This document shows positions 28,895-38,803 of a stretch of 38,803 nt of DNA, one piece after another. The stretch is from Candidatus Latescibacterota bacterium. Lineage in GTDB: Bacteria; Latescibacterota; UBA2968; UBA8231. Numbering within the stretch: the first letter of the stretch is position 1; the number at the start of each line of letters is the position of its first letter. A program made the translations under genes and the position numbers. The notes under the pieces were generated by a model, which was not told where the DNA came from, searched no databases, and was given only the letters and a program-made list of their open reading frames with translations. Location: NCBI GenBank assembly GCA_965205655.1, contig CBDBIJ010000086.1, positions 1 through 38,803 on the forward strand, written 5' to 3'.

Positions 28895-30418
28895 ATGAAT
28901 CCCATCAGTATGAGCACCCGCGATCTGAGGGCCATCCTTCGGGAGGCGGAGGCCAAGGAGCCGGGAGTCGCCGTCCGCGTCGCCGCCGATATATACGGTC
29001 CCGGCGGCTCCGTCTTCATCGCCGCCAACTCGAAGCTGACGGAACGCCACCTTGTCTGGCTGGAACAGCGCAACCCCGCTGCCGACACCAAACCGACGTA
29101 TGTGGACATCATCATTACCCAGGAGCGCCGCTCCTCCTCGGACTTTGCCAGAGCCGTCGAATCGGCCGACTCCGTCACTGAGCGCCGTCGCCGCTCTAGC
29201 GAAATCTCCCGCGACGTCGTCGTCAAGGCCGATGACGTTGCCAAGAAAGCAACCGAGGTGTACCGCATCGTCGGCGAACAGGCCTTTACCACCTCGGCCC
29301 TGCGAAACAGGGAGGTTATCGAGAATCTGAGCGCGCTGAACAGCCGCATTCAGATGTTCCACACGTCCGTGAGGGCGGCCATCGACGAGTATCTGGTAGG
29401 CAACACCCTCATCATGGACCTGATCGCCCGGCACGATCTGGCCACGCGCACCGTCCAGCACAGCCTCAGCGTCGCCGTGTTTGCCGCCGAGCTCTCTTCG
29501 CAAGTGCTGTTGAAAGGCGCTGCGAGACTGAAGGAGGGATCGGCTCTGGCGAAGGACCTCGCCGAGATCTTTCTGGGCGGATTCATGCACGACTGCGGCC
29601 TTTGGAACGAAAGCGACGCCGCGGTGGAGAATCACGAAGCCGCGGGCGCGAAGCTCATCTGGCATATCCCCGAAATCGGCGACTTCCTTCCATCGTTGAC
29701 CAAGATCGTCCTCTTTCACTCGGACATAATCCGTATCGCCGGCAGGCCCGGTCTGGTTGAAATCGTCGAGCAGCCCGACAAGCCTGGCAAGACGGTTTTC
29801 AAGGCCGAGTTCTACAGGTCGGAGGAGGAGGCTCAGACCGCGTCGAGCATGCGCGGCGGCAACTCGCAGGCCACCATGCTCACCGAGGATGACCTGCACA
29901 AGGTCATCCCCGTAGCAGTCTCCGAGTACTGTATCACTCAGACGGAGGGGTTCAGCGCCAAGTCCCGATCCGAGGTAGTGGACAGACTCGTCGGCTACGA
30001 GGAGTCTGTCCACTACCTCGACTACGTCGTGGCACTGTGCAATGCCCAGGTGGAGGTCATCGCCCCGCGCCGATCCTACGTGGAACTGACCGGCGGCATA
30101 ACGGGCTCCGGAAAGGAGATCAGCCTCGACGGGTTCGAGGGCGGCAGCATGTGGCACTCCGACGACATCTACTCACCTCATCTCATCACCCTCTTCGGTC
30201 CGGGCCAGCAGGGCGGCAAGCACCGTTTGAATTACGTCTCGCCACACGACGGCCAACTGTGGGCGCGCCCTCTCGACTCGGAGAAACGCCTCTACATCCC
30301 CGCCGGCAGACACAAGGGCACCCTCGGCCTCCGCGTCACCGGATTCATGAGCGAGGATGTCTACGAGAATATACTGGGTGAGTACGAAATGGAGTTGAAG
30401 CGACAGATGCAGGCGTGA
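28895..30418 (+). CDS. HD-domain-containing protein of unknown function
   Basis: QHSLSVA...GGFMHDCG...HEAAG...LFH, followed by a long unrecognised C-terminal region. Confidence 0.7.
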   Translation: MNPISMSTRDLRAILREAEAKEPGVAVRVAADIYGPGGSVFIAANSKLTERHLVWLEQRNPAADTKPTYVDIIITQERRSSSDFARAVESADSVTERRRRSSEISRDVVVKADDVAKKATEVYRIVGEQAFTTSALRNREVIENLSALNSRIQMFHTSVRAAIDEYLVGNTLIMDLIARHDLATRTVQHSLSVAVFAAELSSQVLLKGAARLKEGSALAKDLAEIFLGGFMHDCGLWNESDAAVENHEAAGAKLIWHIPEIGDFLPSLTKIVLFHSDIIRIAGRPGLVEIVEQPDKPGKTVFKAEFYRSEEEAQTASSMRGGNSQATMLTEDDLHKVIPVAVSEYCITQTEGFSAKSRSEVVDRLVGYEESVHYLDYVVALCNAQVEVIAPRRSYVELTGGITGSGKEISLDGFEGGSMWHSDDIYSPHLITLFGPGQQGGKHRLNYVSPHDGQLWARPLDSEKRLYIPAGRHKGTLGLRVTGFMSEDVYENILGEYEMELKRQMQA

Positions 30419-30423
30419 GTACG

Positions 30424-30449
30424 AAAAAACCCCACTAGCATGGCGGGGT
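30424..30449 (-). terminator. Intrinsic terminator ending the ligD-ku-TPR operon
   Basis: Minus strand ACCCCGCCATGCTAGTGGGG hairpin followed by T6, between convergent genes. Confidence 0.65.
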
Positions 30450-30479
30450 GACGAATGCTCGTTGACCTTTGTTGTCCGA

Positions 30480-31088
30480 CTACCCTTCCGATTTCGCCTC
30501 CGACTGCTTGAGAGTCTCCAGCAGATCATCTGTGGCGCCGCCCTCTTCTCCGGGCGTCATCTCTCGATAGCGACTCAACATCTCGATGGCCGGTTGGTAC
30601 TCCTGTTCGATGGCCAGCACAAGCCCCAGGTTGAAGAAACTGTTGCGAAAAGCGGGCTCGATCTGCGTCGCCAACTCGTAGTGAAGACGAGCTGATCTGT
30701 AGTCATCCTTGTCGAAGTAGAGGTTGCCCAGGTTGTAATGCGATTCCCAGTGGCGCTGGTCATGTACGAGCGCGTTGCGGAAGCAGTCAAACGCCTCCTC
30801 CACCTGTCCTCCCTGCGACCGTAGAACCCCTAGATTGCAGTAGGCGTCGGACACGCGGTCGCCTTCTTCGACGGCTTTCGAGTACAGATTGATGGCGCCG
30901 TCCTGTCCGCGTTCGTCCCTGACGAGCGCTTCCTCGAACGGACTCAGCCCGGTGGGCAGCTTCAGGATCTTCCCTGGCCGGAGAAACAGATCCAACTGAT
31001 TCGGATCGTCGGTGTCCCGCCGCCTCCTGGCGCGTCTGAAACCGAATTTGGCCGGCGGTTGTTTGGGAAATTCGAGAATGTTGCCCAT
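30480..31088 (-). CDS. Tetratricopeptide repeat protein with an N-terminal QLDLF motif
   Basis: TPR repeats AYCNLG, SHYNLG and SFFNLG; starts 6 nt after the ku stop. Confidence 0.88.
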   Translation of the reverse strand: MGNILEFPKQPPAKFGFRRARRRRDTDDPNQLDLFLRPGKILKLPTGLSPFEEALVRDERGQDGAINLYSKAVEEGDRVSDAYCNLGVLRSQGGQVEEAFDCFRNALVHDQRHWESHYNLGNLYFDKDDYRSARLHYELATQIEPAFRNSFFNLGLVLAIEQEYQPAIEMLSRYREMTPGEEGGATDDLLETLKQSEAKSEG

Positions 31089-31094
31089 GCGGTC

Positions 31095-31976
31095 CTACGC
31101 CACCTTCTTGACTTTTGCTTTGGCTTTCTTCGCGGCCGCCTTCTTCTTCGGCGCCTTTTTGGCCGCCGCCTTCTTTTCGCCAGAGGCCCGCTTCATCGGC
31201 TTCTTCTCGTCTTTTGCCTGCTCGATGCTCTCTTTGAGCGCGGACATGATGTCGACGACCGGCTTCACCTCTTCTGCCACCGTGACAATCTCCTTGCCCT
31301 CCACCTTTGCGTCGATCATCTCCCTGACCGCTTCGTGATAGGTGTCTTTGAGCTCGAGATCCTCGAGTTTCGCCGTCATCGAATCCACCAGGATTTGAGC
31401 GAGCTTCAACTCCTCCTTGGCGACCTCCGCCGCTCCCAGGTCAGGCACCTCTTCGATATTTCGGATGAACTGCGGGTAGCGCAGCTTGTAGATGATGAGC
31501 CCTCCGGAATGGTGGCCGATGAGAACCATATCCTCCCGGTCACGCATGACGACCTTGCCAACCCCCAGCTTGCCGCTGGCCTTGAGCGCCTCGCTCAGCA
31601 GTGAATACACCTTGACGGCCACTTCGCCGTCGGGTCCGGCGAAGTAGGGCGTGTCGTAGAGCGTCTGGTGAATCTCGTCCGCTTCGACGAACCCTTCGAT
31701 CTCGATGATCTTCGTGCTCTTCAGTTTGAGCTTCTGAAAGTCCTCATCTTCGACGATGGCGTATTCGTCCGGGGCGTATTCGAATCCCTTGACGATCTCC
31801 TTGTTGCTGAGCGTGTCACCACAGCTCTTGCACTTCTTGTCGTATCCTACGCGGCCGTTGTCCTCCCTGTGAAGCTGGTTGAAACTGATGCTGGCAGCGC
31901 TGTCGACGGCGCCGTAGAGCCGAATCGGAATCGTCACCATCGAAAACCGGATGTGGCCTTTCCAGATCGATCGCAT
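31095..31976 (-). CDS. ku: Non-homologous end-joining protein Ku
   Basis: Motifs MRSIWKGHIRFSMVTIPI and IVKGFE; Lys/Ala-rich tail; GAGGAGG RBS. Confidence 0.96.
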   Translation of the reverse strand: MRSIWKGHIRFSMVTIPIRLYGAVDSAASISFNQLHREDNGRVGYDKKCKSCGDTLSNKEIVKGFEYAPDEYAIVEDEDFQKLKLKSTKIIEIEGFVEADEIHQTLYDTPYFAGPDGEVAVKVYSLLSEALKASGKLGVGKVVMRDREDMVLIGHHSGGLIIYKLRYPQFIRNIEEVPDLGAAEVAKEELKLAQILVDSMTAKLEDLELKDTYHEAVREMIDAKVEGKEIVTVAEEVKPVVDIMSALKESIEQAKDEKKPMKRASGEKKAAAKKAPKKKAAAKKAKAKVKKVA

Positions 31977-31993
31977 TCAGGACCTCCTCATGA

Positions 31994-34315
31994 TCAACTC
32001 AAATCGGGACGCATGCGGAGGAAGACTGGCTCTCGCAGCGTCCCCATGTTCGTCAGCGACGCGAACTGGACCTCGCATACAAGCTTCGGTTCGATCCAGA
32101 CCGTCTGCGCGTCATCTGCGGGTTTTTCTTCTATCGGGCGTTCGATCTCCTTCACTTTCTTCAGCTCCTTGAACACCGAGCTGAATGTCCGGGAGTCGAA
32201 GCCGGTGCCTACCTTGCCGATGTAGGTGAGCCCCTGGCCGTTTTGCTGCCCGAGATGGAGGGCGCCGAAGTAAGACTGTCGGTCTCCCTTGCCCTTCGTG
32301 TAGCCGAGCACGACGCAGTCCATCGACTGGCGAACCTTGACCTTGTACCACGATTCGCTGCGTCTTCCCGGAAGATACGGGCTGTCCGGCTCCTTCGCCA
32401 TGATACCCTCAAGGCCCAGTTTCCTTGACGCCTCGAACAGCTCCTGCCCCTCCTCGACAATTTCGCTCACCCGGTAGTTCGACTCCGGCCGTATGGCGTC
32501 GGCGAGCCACTCCTTGCGGCGCCTCAGCGGTTCGTTCACCAGCGGCCGCCCGTCCAGATAGAGACAGTCGAAGACATAGCACACGGCGGGGTGACGGGCG
32601 CGGGCTCGCTCGATGCCGCTCTCACCCCTGGCCTGGAGTCTGCCCATCACGTCCGTGAACACCGGTCTGCCATTCTCGTCGAGGCAGACGATTTCGCCGT
32701 CGAACAGGGCGGAGGTCGCGCGGAACGACTCCTCCGGCAGGGTCAACTCGGGAAACGACTCAGTGACGTCGCGCTGCGACCGGGTTCGGATCCTCATCTC
32801 GCCATCGTCGAGCGCGATAGAGGCGCGAATGCCGTCCCACTTCACTTCATAGACGTAGTCGCCGGCCGGTGGTTCGCTGAGGCTTTCCGCCAACATCGGC
32901 TCAACAGGCTCGTTGAGCCAGTCGACCTGGGGGCTGTCGAGACGCTCCAGCAGCCAGTCCTTACCCTTCGTGTTGATCAACCTGTACTCGGCCGTCAACT
33001 CCCGACTGTGCAGTCGAAAGTAGAAACTGTCCTTCTTGTCGTTGGTGACTTCGTACTTGCCGAGTGCGTACACCCACATCGGACCGGCGCCGTATTCGCC
33101 TTTCGGAATGACCCCCTCGAAGGTCAGATACTCTAACGGGTGGTCCTCCACTTGGACGGCAAGTCGTTTGATGCCCGGTCTGGGAGGCAGGCCCTTTGGA
33201 ACCGCCCACGATCTCAGCACGCCGTCCTGCTCGAGCCGCAGGTCGTAGTGCAGGCGCGAGGCGTGATGCCGGTGGACGACGAAGCCACTCCCTTCTGCCA
33301 GGTCGACGTCGGGTCGAGGCTCGGGCGTTTTTTCGAAGCTCCTCTTGCCGGCGTACGATTCCAGCTGCTCCGGGGTCTTGTGAGTGCGAGACGTTCCCGC
33401 CTTGCCTCTGCGCTTCGGCGCGCTCTTGTCGGTGTGAAGCTTTGCCGAGTACGCGCCGATGGCCTCCCACGCATCTCCCTCCCGCACCACCTGGTCGACG
33501 ACGCTGCGCAGGTTGAATTGTGCTGGATCCTCGATCGATTCGAGATCGTCCCAGGAGAGCGGCATCGACACGGGTGCGCCCTTCGATCCGCGCACGCTAT
33601 ACGGTGCCACGATGGTCTGCGCCGGTCGATTGCGGAAGACGTCGACGAGCACCTTCCCCTGTCGCGCATCCTTCTTGATCGCCAACGTCGCCGAATCTCG
33701 GTGTGAACGCACGAAAGGCTGGGCCATGCCCTTTGCAGCCTCGAACACCTCGTCGAACGTCCACTTGGGCTCGACCGGAGCCACGAGATGGATGCCTTTG
33801 CGACCCGTCGTCTTCGCGAAGGGGTGATAGCCGAAGGACTCGACGTGCTCCTTCAGCTCCAAGGCCATGGTAACGACATCCGGAAAGTGGTATCCCTCCG
33901 GCGGGTCGAGGTCGAACACCATGTAGTCGGGCTTGTCGAGGCGCGGCCGCCGAGCGTGGATCTGGTGGAGTTCGAGGCAGGCGTGATTGGCGATCCATAC
34001 CATGTGGGCCTCGTCTTTCGCGAGCACGTAGTCGAGCTTGTCGTCACCACTGCCAACAAGCTCGTGGTCGAGCCACTGGGGGGCCCACTCCGGCCGATTC
34101 TTCTGAAAGAAGCTCTCCTCGTAAATGCCGTCGGGAAAGCGCACGAATGACAGCGGTCGCCCCTTGATGTGAGTGAGAATGGTCGGCGCGATCTTGAGGT
34201 AATACTCGATCAGCTCCGCTTTGACGATGCCGTCCTCGGGCCACAGCACCTTGTCCAGGTTGGAGATCTCCAGCTTGTGCTTCCCCACCTGGGTCATTTG
34301 CGACGTGCGCGCCAT
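31994..34315 (-). CDS. ligD: NHEJ DNA ligase D (polymerase-phosphoesterase-ligase order)
   Basis: Polymerase motifs FDLDP and KTTGRKGIH; phosphoesterase motifs HASRLHYDLRLE and EDHPLEY; ligase motifs EVKWDG, EGIMAK and GKVGTGF. Confidence 0.96.
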   Translation of the reverse strand: MARTSQMTQVGKHKLEISNLDKVLWPEDGIVKAELIEYYLKIAPTILTHIKGRPLSFVRFPDGIYEESFFQKNRPEWAPQWLDHELVGSGDDKLDYVLAKDEAHMVWIANHACLELHQIHARRPRLDKPDYMVFDLDPPEGYHFPDVVTMALELKEHVESFGYHPFAKTTGRKGIHLVAPVEPKWTFDEVFEAAKGMAQPFVRSHRDSATLAIKKDARQGKVLVDVFRNRPAQTIVAPYSVRGSKGAPVSMPLSWDDLESIEDPAQFNLRSVVDQVVREGDAWEAIGAYSAKLHTDKSAPKRRGKAGTSRTHKTPEQLESYAGKRSFEKTPEPRPDVDLAEGSGFVVHRHHASRLHYDLRLEQDGVLRSWAVPKGLPPRPGIKRLAVQVEDHPLEYLTFEGVIPKGEYGAGPMWVYALGKYEVTNDKKDSFYFRLHSRELTAEYRLINTKGKDWLLERLDSPQVDWLNEPVEPMLAESLSEPPAGDYVYEVKWDGIRASIALDDGEMRIRTRSQRDVTESFPELTLPEESFRATSALFDGEIVCLDENGRPVFTDVMGRLQARGESGIERARARHPAVCYVFDCLYLDGRPLVNEPLRRRKEWLADAIRPESNYRVSEIVEEGQELFEASRKLGLEGIMAKEPDSPYLPGRRSESWYKVKVRQSMDCVVLGYTKGKGDRQSYFGALHLGQQNGQGLTYIGKVGTGFDSRTFSSVFKELKKVKEIERPIEEKPADDAQTVWIEPKLVCEVQFASLTNMGTLREPVFLRMRPDLS

Positions 34316-34431
34316 CAGTCAGTCCGAAATAACACCGGAGTAAAACCGCGTAACTTGCTTGGAGAGTTAAAGATAACGAAAACGGAGTGGACTCGCGACC
34401 GGCGCTGCCAATATCTACAACACAACGACAA

Positions 34432-34457
34432 TGGCCGGCGCCCGAAGGCACCGGCCA
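34432..34457 (-). terminator. Probable terminator hairpin (cUUCGg loop) after the large surface protein
   Basis: TGGCCGGTGCC-TTCG-GGCGCCGGCCA followed by TTGTCGTTGTGTT, a weak U tract. Confidence 0.55.
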
Positions 34458-34485
34458 CGTCGATCGAATGCGCGGATCCTCGAGC

Positions 34486-37400
34486 TTACTTCAGTAGCAT
34501 GAGCTTCCTGACGTTTGTGAAGGTGCCGGCCTCGAGCCGGTAGAAGTAGATGCCCGAAGCGACGCTGTGGCCGCCGTCGTCCCGGCCGCGCCACGAGATC
34601 GAATAAGCGCCGGCTGGCCTCACCTCATTGACCAGCGTCCGCGCTCTCTGGCCGAGCACGTCGAAGATCTCGAGTCGCACCGCGCCAGCCACCGGCAGCT
34701 GATAGTAGATGGTCGTCGCCGGGTTGAAGGGATTCGGATAATTCTGATCGAGCCGGAACGCCGTGGGTAGGACCGCCCGAATCGTTGAGGGTCGCAGGTC
34801 GTAGATCTCGCGATCCTCAGCGCGAACGGCGGCCCTCTCCACCGCGAGTGTGATCTCGGTCGCCAGCGGCGGACCGCTCGCGTCAATCCATTCGAACTGC
34901 AGCTGGCTCCCATCCGGTAGGACCCCAGGCGGGGTCGCCGACACCAGGAGTTCGCCCGGTCCGAGCTCGATTGCCAGCACGCCCTCATCGCTGGCCGTGG
35001 ACGCCAGGCGCATAACCCTGGGGTCGAAACGGAGAGCAACTCCGTAGCGGTCGAACCTCAGGTCCGTCTGCGGGAGCGCGGTGACATTCATACCGGAATC
35101 GTCGACTGCCGTCAGCAGCTCGAGCTCGCCGACCCAGTCCGTTGCGGTCGGAGCGACGGCTTTCCCCGCTGTGTAGGCGTCTGCGAACTTGAAGAAGTCT
35201 CCGAACCCGATAAGGCCATCTAGATCGAGGTCGTACACCGAGAGGTTATCAAGGGCCTCCGCTCCGAAGTTGTCCGCGAGTGCGAAGAAGTCCTGGAGAT
35301 CGACCTTGCCGTCGCCGCTGAAGTCAGCATCACCCGCGACGCCGGTGATTTCGACCTGGGTGATCTCTCCCGCCGGAATGCTCAGGTCCACCTCGCCGGC
35401 GGCCACCCGGCCGATGATGGTCGTGGCGAAGGTCTGCTGTTCGCCGCCGACGGTGTTGAGCGAGTACTCGGTGATGATGAGATCGCTCTGGGTGAAGCCT
35501 TCATTGGCCTCGAACGTAAGTACTCCGATCAGCCCCTGGCCGTCCGGCGCGTTGTTCGCATCCGCTCCCAGGATGGCGCTGCCGAATTCCACCGACGCCG
35601 CACCTTGAAGCGGCGGCAGCGACATGACCGTGCCACCGCCGGAAACCAGGAAATTCGTCTCCTGCGCGCTCAAACTCGTAAAGCCGACGTAGGTCACCTG
35701 GTCCGGCTCGTACTGTACCGTCACCCCGTAGTTGGACAGATCGGTCACACCGGACAGGTCGGTGATGCCGTTGAGATAGACCGCCACGGTGAACTCGGTG
35801 CCCGGATCGATGAAGCCGCGGTTGAGCTGTGCTTGATCCTGCGCGGATTCGTCGAAATCGAAGGAGACCGGTCCTTTCTGCTGCTGTAGGAGCTCGAGAC
35901 TTGGCAGCGCGGCCGCAGAAACCGGGATCGTAATCGTATGGCTATAGTTCAGACCTTTGAAGATTGTCTCAACCACGCTGAAGACGGTTCCGTCGAAATC
36001 GTCCAGTACTGTGAAGTGAGCGACCCCGAGGAGGCCGTCGCCGGCGCTGGCAGTCTCGCTCGTGGCGCCGAGAATAGCGCCGCCATATAGAACGGTCTTT
36101 TCACCAAGCTGCGCCGGCAGGAACACGGTAGTACCGCCATTCTGCACCAGGAAATTCTTCTCGTCCGGCGTGCTCGGAACCACGAAGAGAAACTCGAGCT
36201 GCGTCGGATCGTACGACAGAGTGAAGGCGAATCCGGTCACATCTTTGACATCCTGATAGTAGATGGCCACGGCCAGATTGTCACCGGAACTCAAATCGCT
36301 CACGGCGTTGCGGCGATTGTTGCCGGCTTCGGTATTCAGATCGAGCGACACCGTTCGATTGCTGTCCGCCTCGGCGGTCAGGGCGACCTCGTCGGCATCG
36401 ATCGTCACCACCTGCACGGCGATGTCGATTCCCGACGTCGTCACACCGTCTGCAACCGTGACGGGATCGGGCTCGCCATCCCCATTGCCGTCGTGGAACC
36501 GGTACAACTCCTCTCCGTCGGCCGTCAGCATCTTCATGTACAACCGATACTCACCCTCATGCACGTCCTCGATGAGGTAGGCTCCCGTCTCCACGTCAAC
36601 CGTTGCCACGCCGACCACGTCGATCTGCTTCCGCGGCCCTCGCGCTCTAGTGTGGAGGACCACCTCAGCGTCGTCGATTATTCCCTCACTGAGCGTCACG
36701 GTGCCGGACACATTGCCGTATCCTTCTCCCTCCTCATCTTCCTCCGTTTCGACCTTCGTGTTGAGGCCGAGCTCGAAGGGATCGACCAGTATTTTTCCAC
36801 CGACACCTTCGGCGAAAGCGACGATGAGACGGTAGCGTTTGTTTTCGCTCAGTGTCACTGGCCAGGTGATCGTCTTGGCGTCATCGCTCAACTCGAAGTT
36901 CAGGGAGAGTGCGCCCGATTGGGGTCTCGGCACGAGTACGGCGTCCACCGCGACGTGCCGGCCCCTGGTGAACAACGGCGCGCTGAAGGTCAGGCTCAAT
37001 TCCGTCGCCGTCTCCACTGTGGTGCCCTTTTCCGGCGAATGGGCGACGACGCTGAGCACTTCGTCCCTCCGCCGCTTCAGCGGACGCAGAAAGATATCCG
37101 CACCCTCCATCGCGTTGCCGTCGGCAATCGTGATTATGTCTGGCTTTCCGTCCTCATCGGCGTCGTAGTATCCGAAGAACTCGATGTGGTCGTAACCGGC
37201 TGGTACCGCGCGGTGCTCGAACCGCCTGTGCGCCTCGTCCTTGTCGAAACCGCCTTCGTTGACGCGGTCTGCCAGTTCAGCTGAAACGTTGGGCCCTCTG
37301 CGGTCTGTTGCGGCGTTCGCCCGGCCCGGTCGCTGCCCCTTGGGGATTCCAACCTCGACGAAACCGGCGATGGCGTACTCACCATCTGGAATATTCTCTA

Positions 37401-38802
37401 TGACGAACTCCCCGCTGCGGGTCGGAAACGTCCGCGACGGCCGCTCTTGCGGTGCGCCCTCCACGATTCGGAACAGTTGCACGACCGCCGCTTTCTCGAT
37501 CACGCGCTGCTGCACCGGCAGATCGCGGGGGAGAAACAACCTGCCGGTGATCGATCCGGTCGCAATGTCACCGGTGGCGAAGGCGAACTTGTAGGCGCTG
37601 GCCAGGGGCTCGCCCTGGGAGTCTTCGACCCCGTCCACGACGACGCCGTAGATGGTGCCGTCCTCTAGCACGGCAACGATCCTCGCCGTGGCGTTATTAA
37701 CTTCCACGTCCCCGTGGCTGACGGGTTCGGGGTGTATGGCGATCGCGTCGCTCGCGGCCTCGCCTATCGCCCTGTTGAAGGTGACGGCGATCGTTGTCTC
37801 GCCGCCCCCGACACCCGTGGCGCGACTCGCCGGCGAGGTTTCCAGAACGAGGAATGGATCGGGCAGCTGGACGATGATGTCCGCTGTCGGATTGGGGTTG
37901 GCATCGCTGATCTCCACACCGTCCGGTATGTTGTCTTCATCGACGTCGACGAAACCGTTGACTATGAAGTGATCCCGTCCCACCTCAACGAGAACATGGG
38001 CGTACGGATAGTAGGTCCCGTTCGGCAGCCCCGTGGCCTCGTAGGTTCGGCCCATCGGCACTACGGATTTCGCCGCCTTCAACAGCGGCCCGACGTCGTT
38101 CGGTCTCTCCGGGTCGAGGAGATCGAGCGGCGGCTCGGCCGTGATGATGATGAACGACCTGTCGACAGATACGGCGTCGATGTCGAGATCGGCGCTTACT
38201 GAACCGGATATACTCGTTGTGAACAATTCGCTTGCCGTCGTAAACACGGTATGGAAGTGTCCCACACCCGGGAGAGCCGCGACCAGTTCATACGGCGTGT
38301 TCTCCTCCAGGATCACCTCGATGGCGATAGAGTTGTGCTCCCACCTCCAACTTGCCGTGTCTGACTGGCGGCGGGAACAGCTCGAACAGAAAGGCGCTGC
38401 TCAACACCAGCCGGCGGACGTCGACGTCCACTTTCATGCGAATTGTCGCTTGAAGATTGCCGTCGTCATTGATGAAGCCGACACCCGTCTCCCGTCGGCC
38501 GGCGAGATGTCGAGGATTTTGATGTCCTCTTCCACGACTCGGTCCTCGCGTGTGGCTCCGCCACGGATTGTCACCTCACCCGGCTTTGGAACGATCACCA
38601 GACCGGTCACGACTGGCAGTTCCTCCCCCTGTCCGTGCGGACGAACTTCCATGCGGGCTTCCAGGACACCGGACTCTGAGTCGTCGAGAGCAGTTTCGAG
38701 CTGTGACAGCGTGATCGCCTCCCTGCCTGACACGAGCTTGGCGTTCTCGTCCACGAAAAATGCCGCGCCGAGAAGCTCAATGAGCCCTCCGCCCACCGTC
38801 AC
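34486..38802 (-). CDS. Very large surface protein (Big_5/Ig-like repeats, DxDxDG Ca loops, two cohesin-like domains, dockerin/EF-hand, C-terminal FlgD/T9SS-like domain); 5'-partial, with two apparent frameshifts near 38450 and 38341
   Basis: The continuous ORF 34486-38316 ends LDQNYPNPFNPATTI...SGIYFYRL...RKLMLLK. The upstream ORF and a bridging frame (ELFPPPVRHGKLEV) resemble the internal Ig repeat IHPEPVSHGDVEV. Confidence 0.8.
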
Positions 38803-38803
38803 T

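Noticed and set aside
25802..30157. Long antisense ORFs of 483 and 466 aa (also 20183-21370 and 10693-11637)
   Set aside because: They overlap motif-supported genes and have no protein-like features. Such ORFs are expected at high GC3.
31098..31180. Low-complexity repeats
   Set aside because: This is the ordinary Lys/Ala-rich C-terminal tail of Ku.
35734..35769. Imperfect 18-bp tandem duplication (GITDLS/GVTDLS)
   Set aside because: A small, diverged in-frame duplication with no evident significance.

Overview
GC-rich bacterial chromosomal window. FlgD/T9SS-CTD-like, cohesin and dockerin surface proteins suggest an FCB-group organism such as Latescibacterota (inference). It contains DNA-repair genes: a bacterial topoisomerase IB with an apparent internal deletion, an MrfA-like DUF1998 helicase fused to a DEDD exonuclease, and a ligD-ku-TPR operon whose TPR protein carries a QLDLF beta-clamp-type motif. 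A complete IS256-family element (4591-5966, 8-bp target duplication) splits a TonB-dependent receptor gene. The window also holds three secreted cohesin/dockerin/LRR/Ig proteins, a catabolic run (PhyH, D-carbamoylase, GH4, Ldh_2, PhoX, methyltransferase), and GNAT, aminotransferase, amidase and HD-domain genes. About ten genes look broken, from real decay and/or indel errors. No rRNA, tRNA or CRISPR array was seen. All calls come from manual motif recognition; no searches were run.
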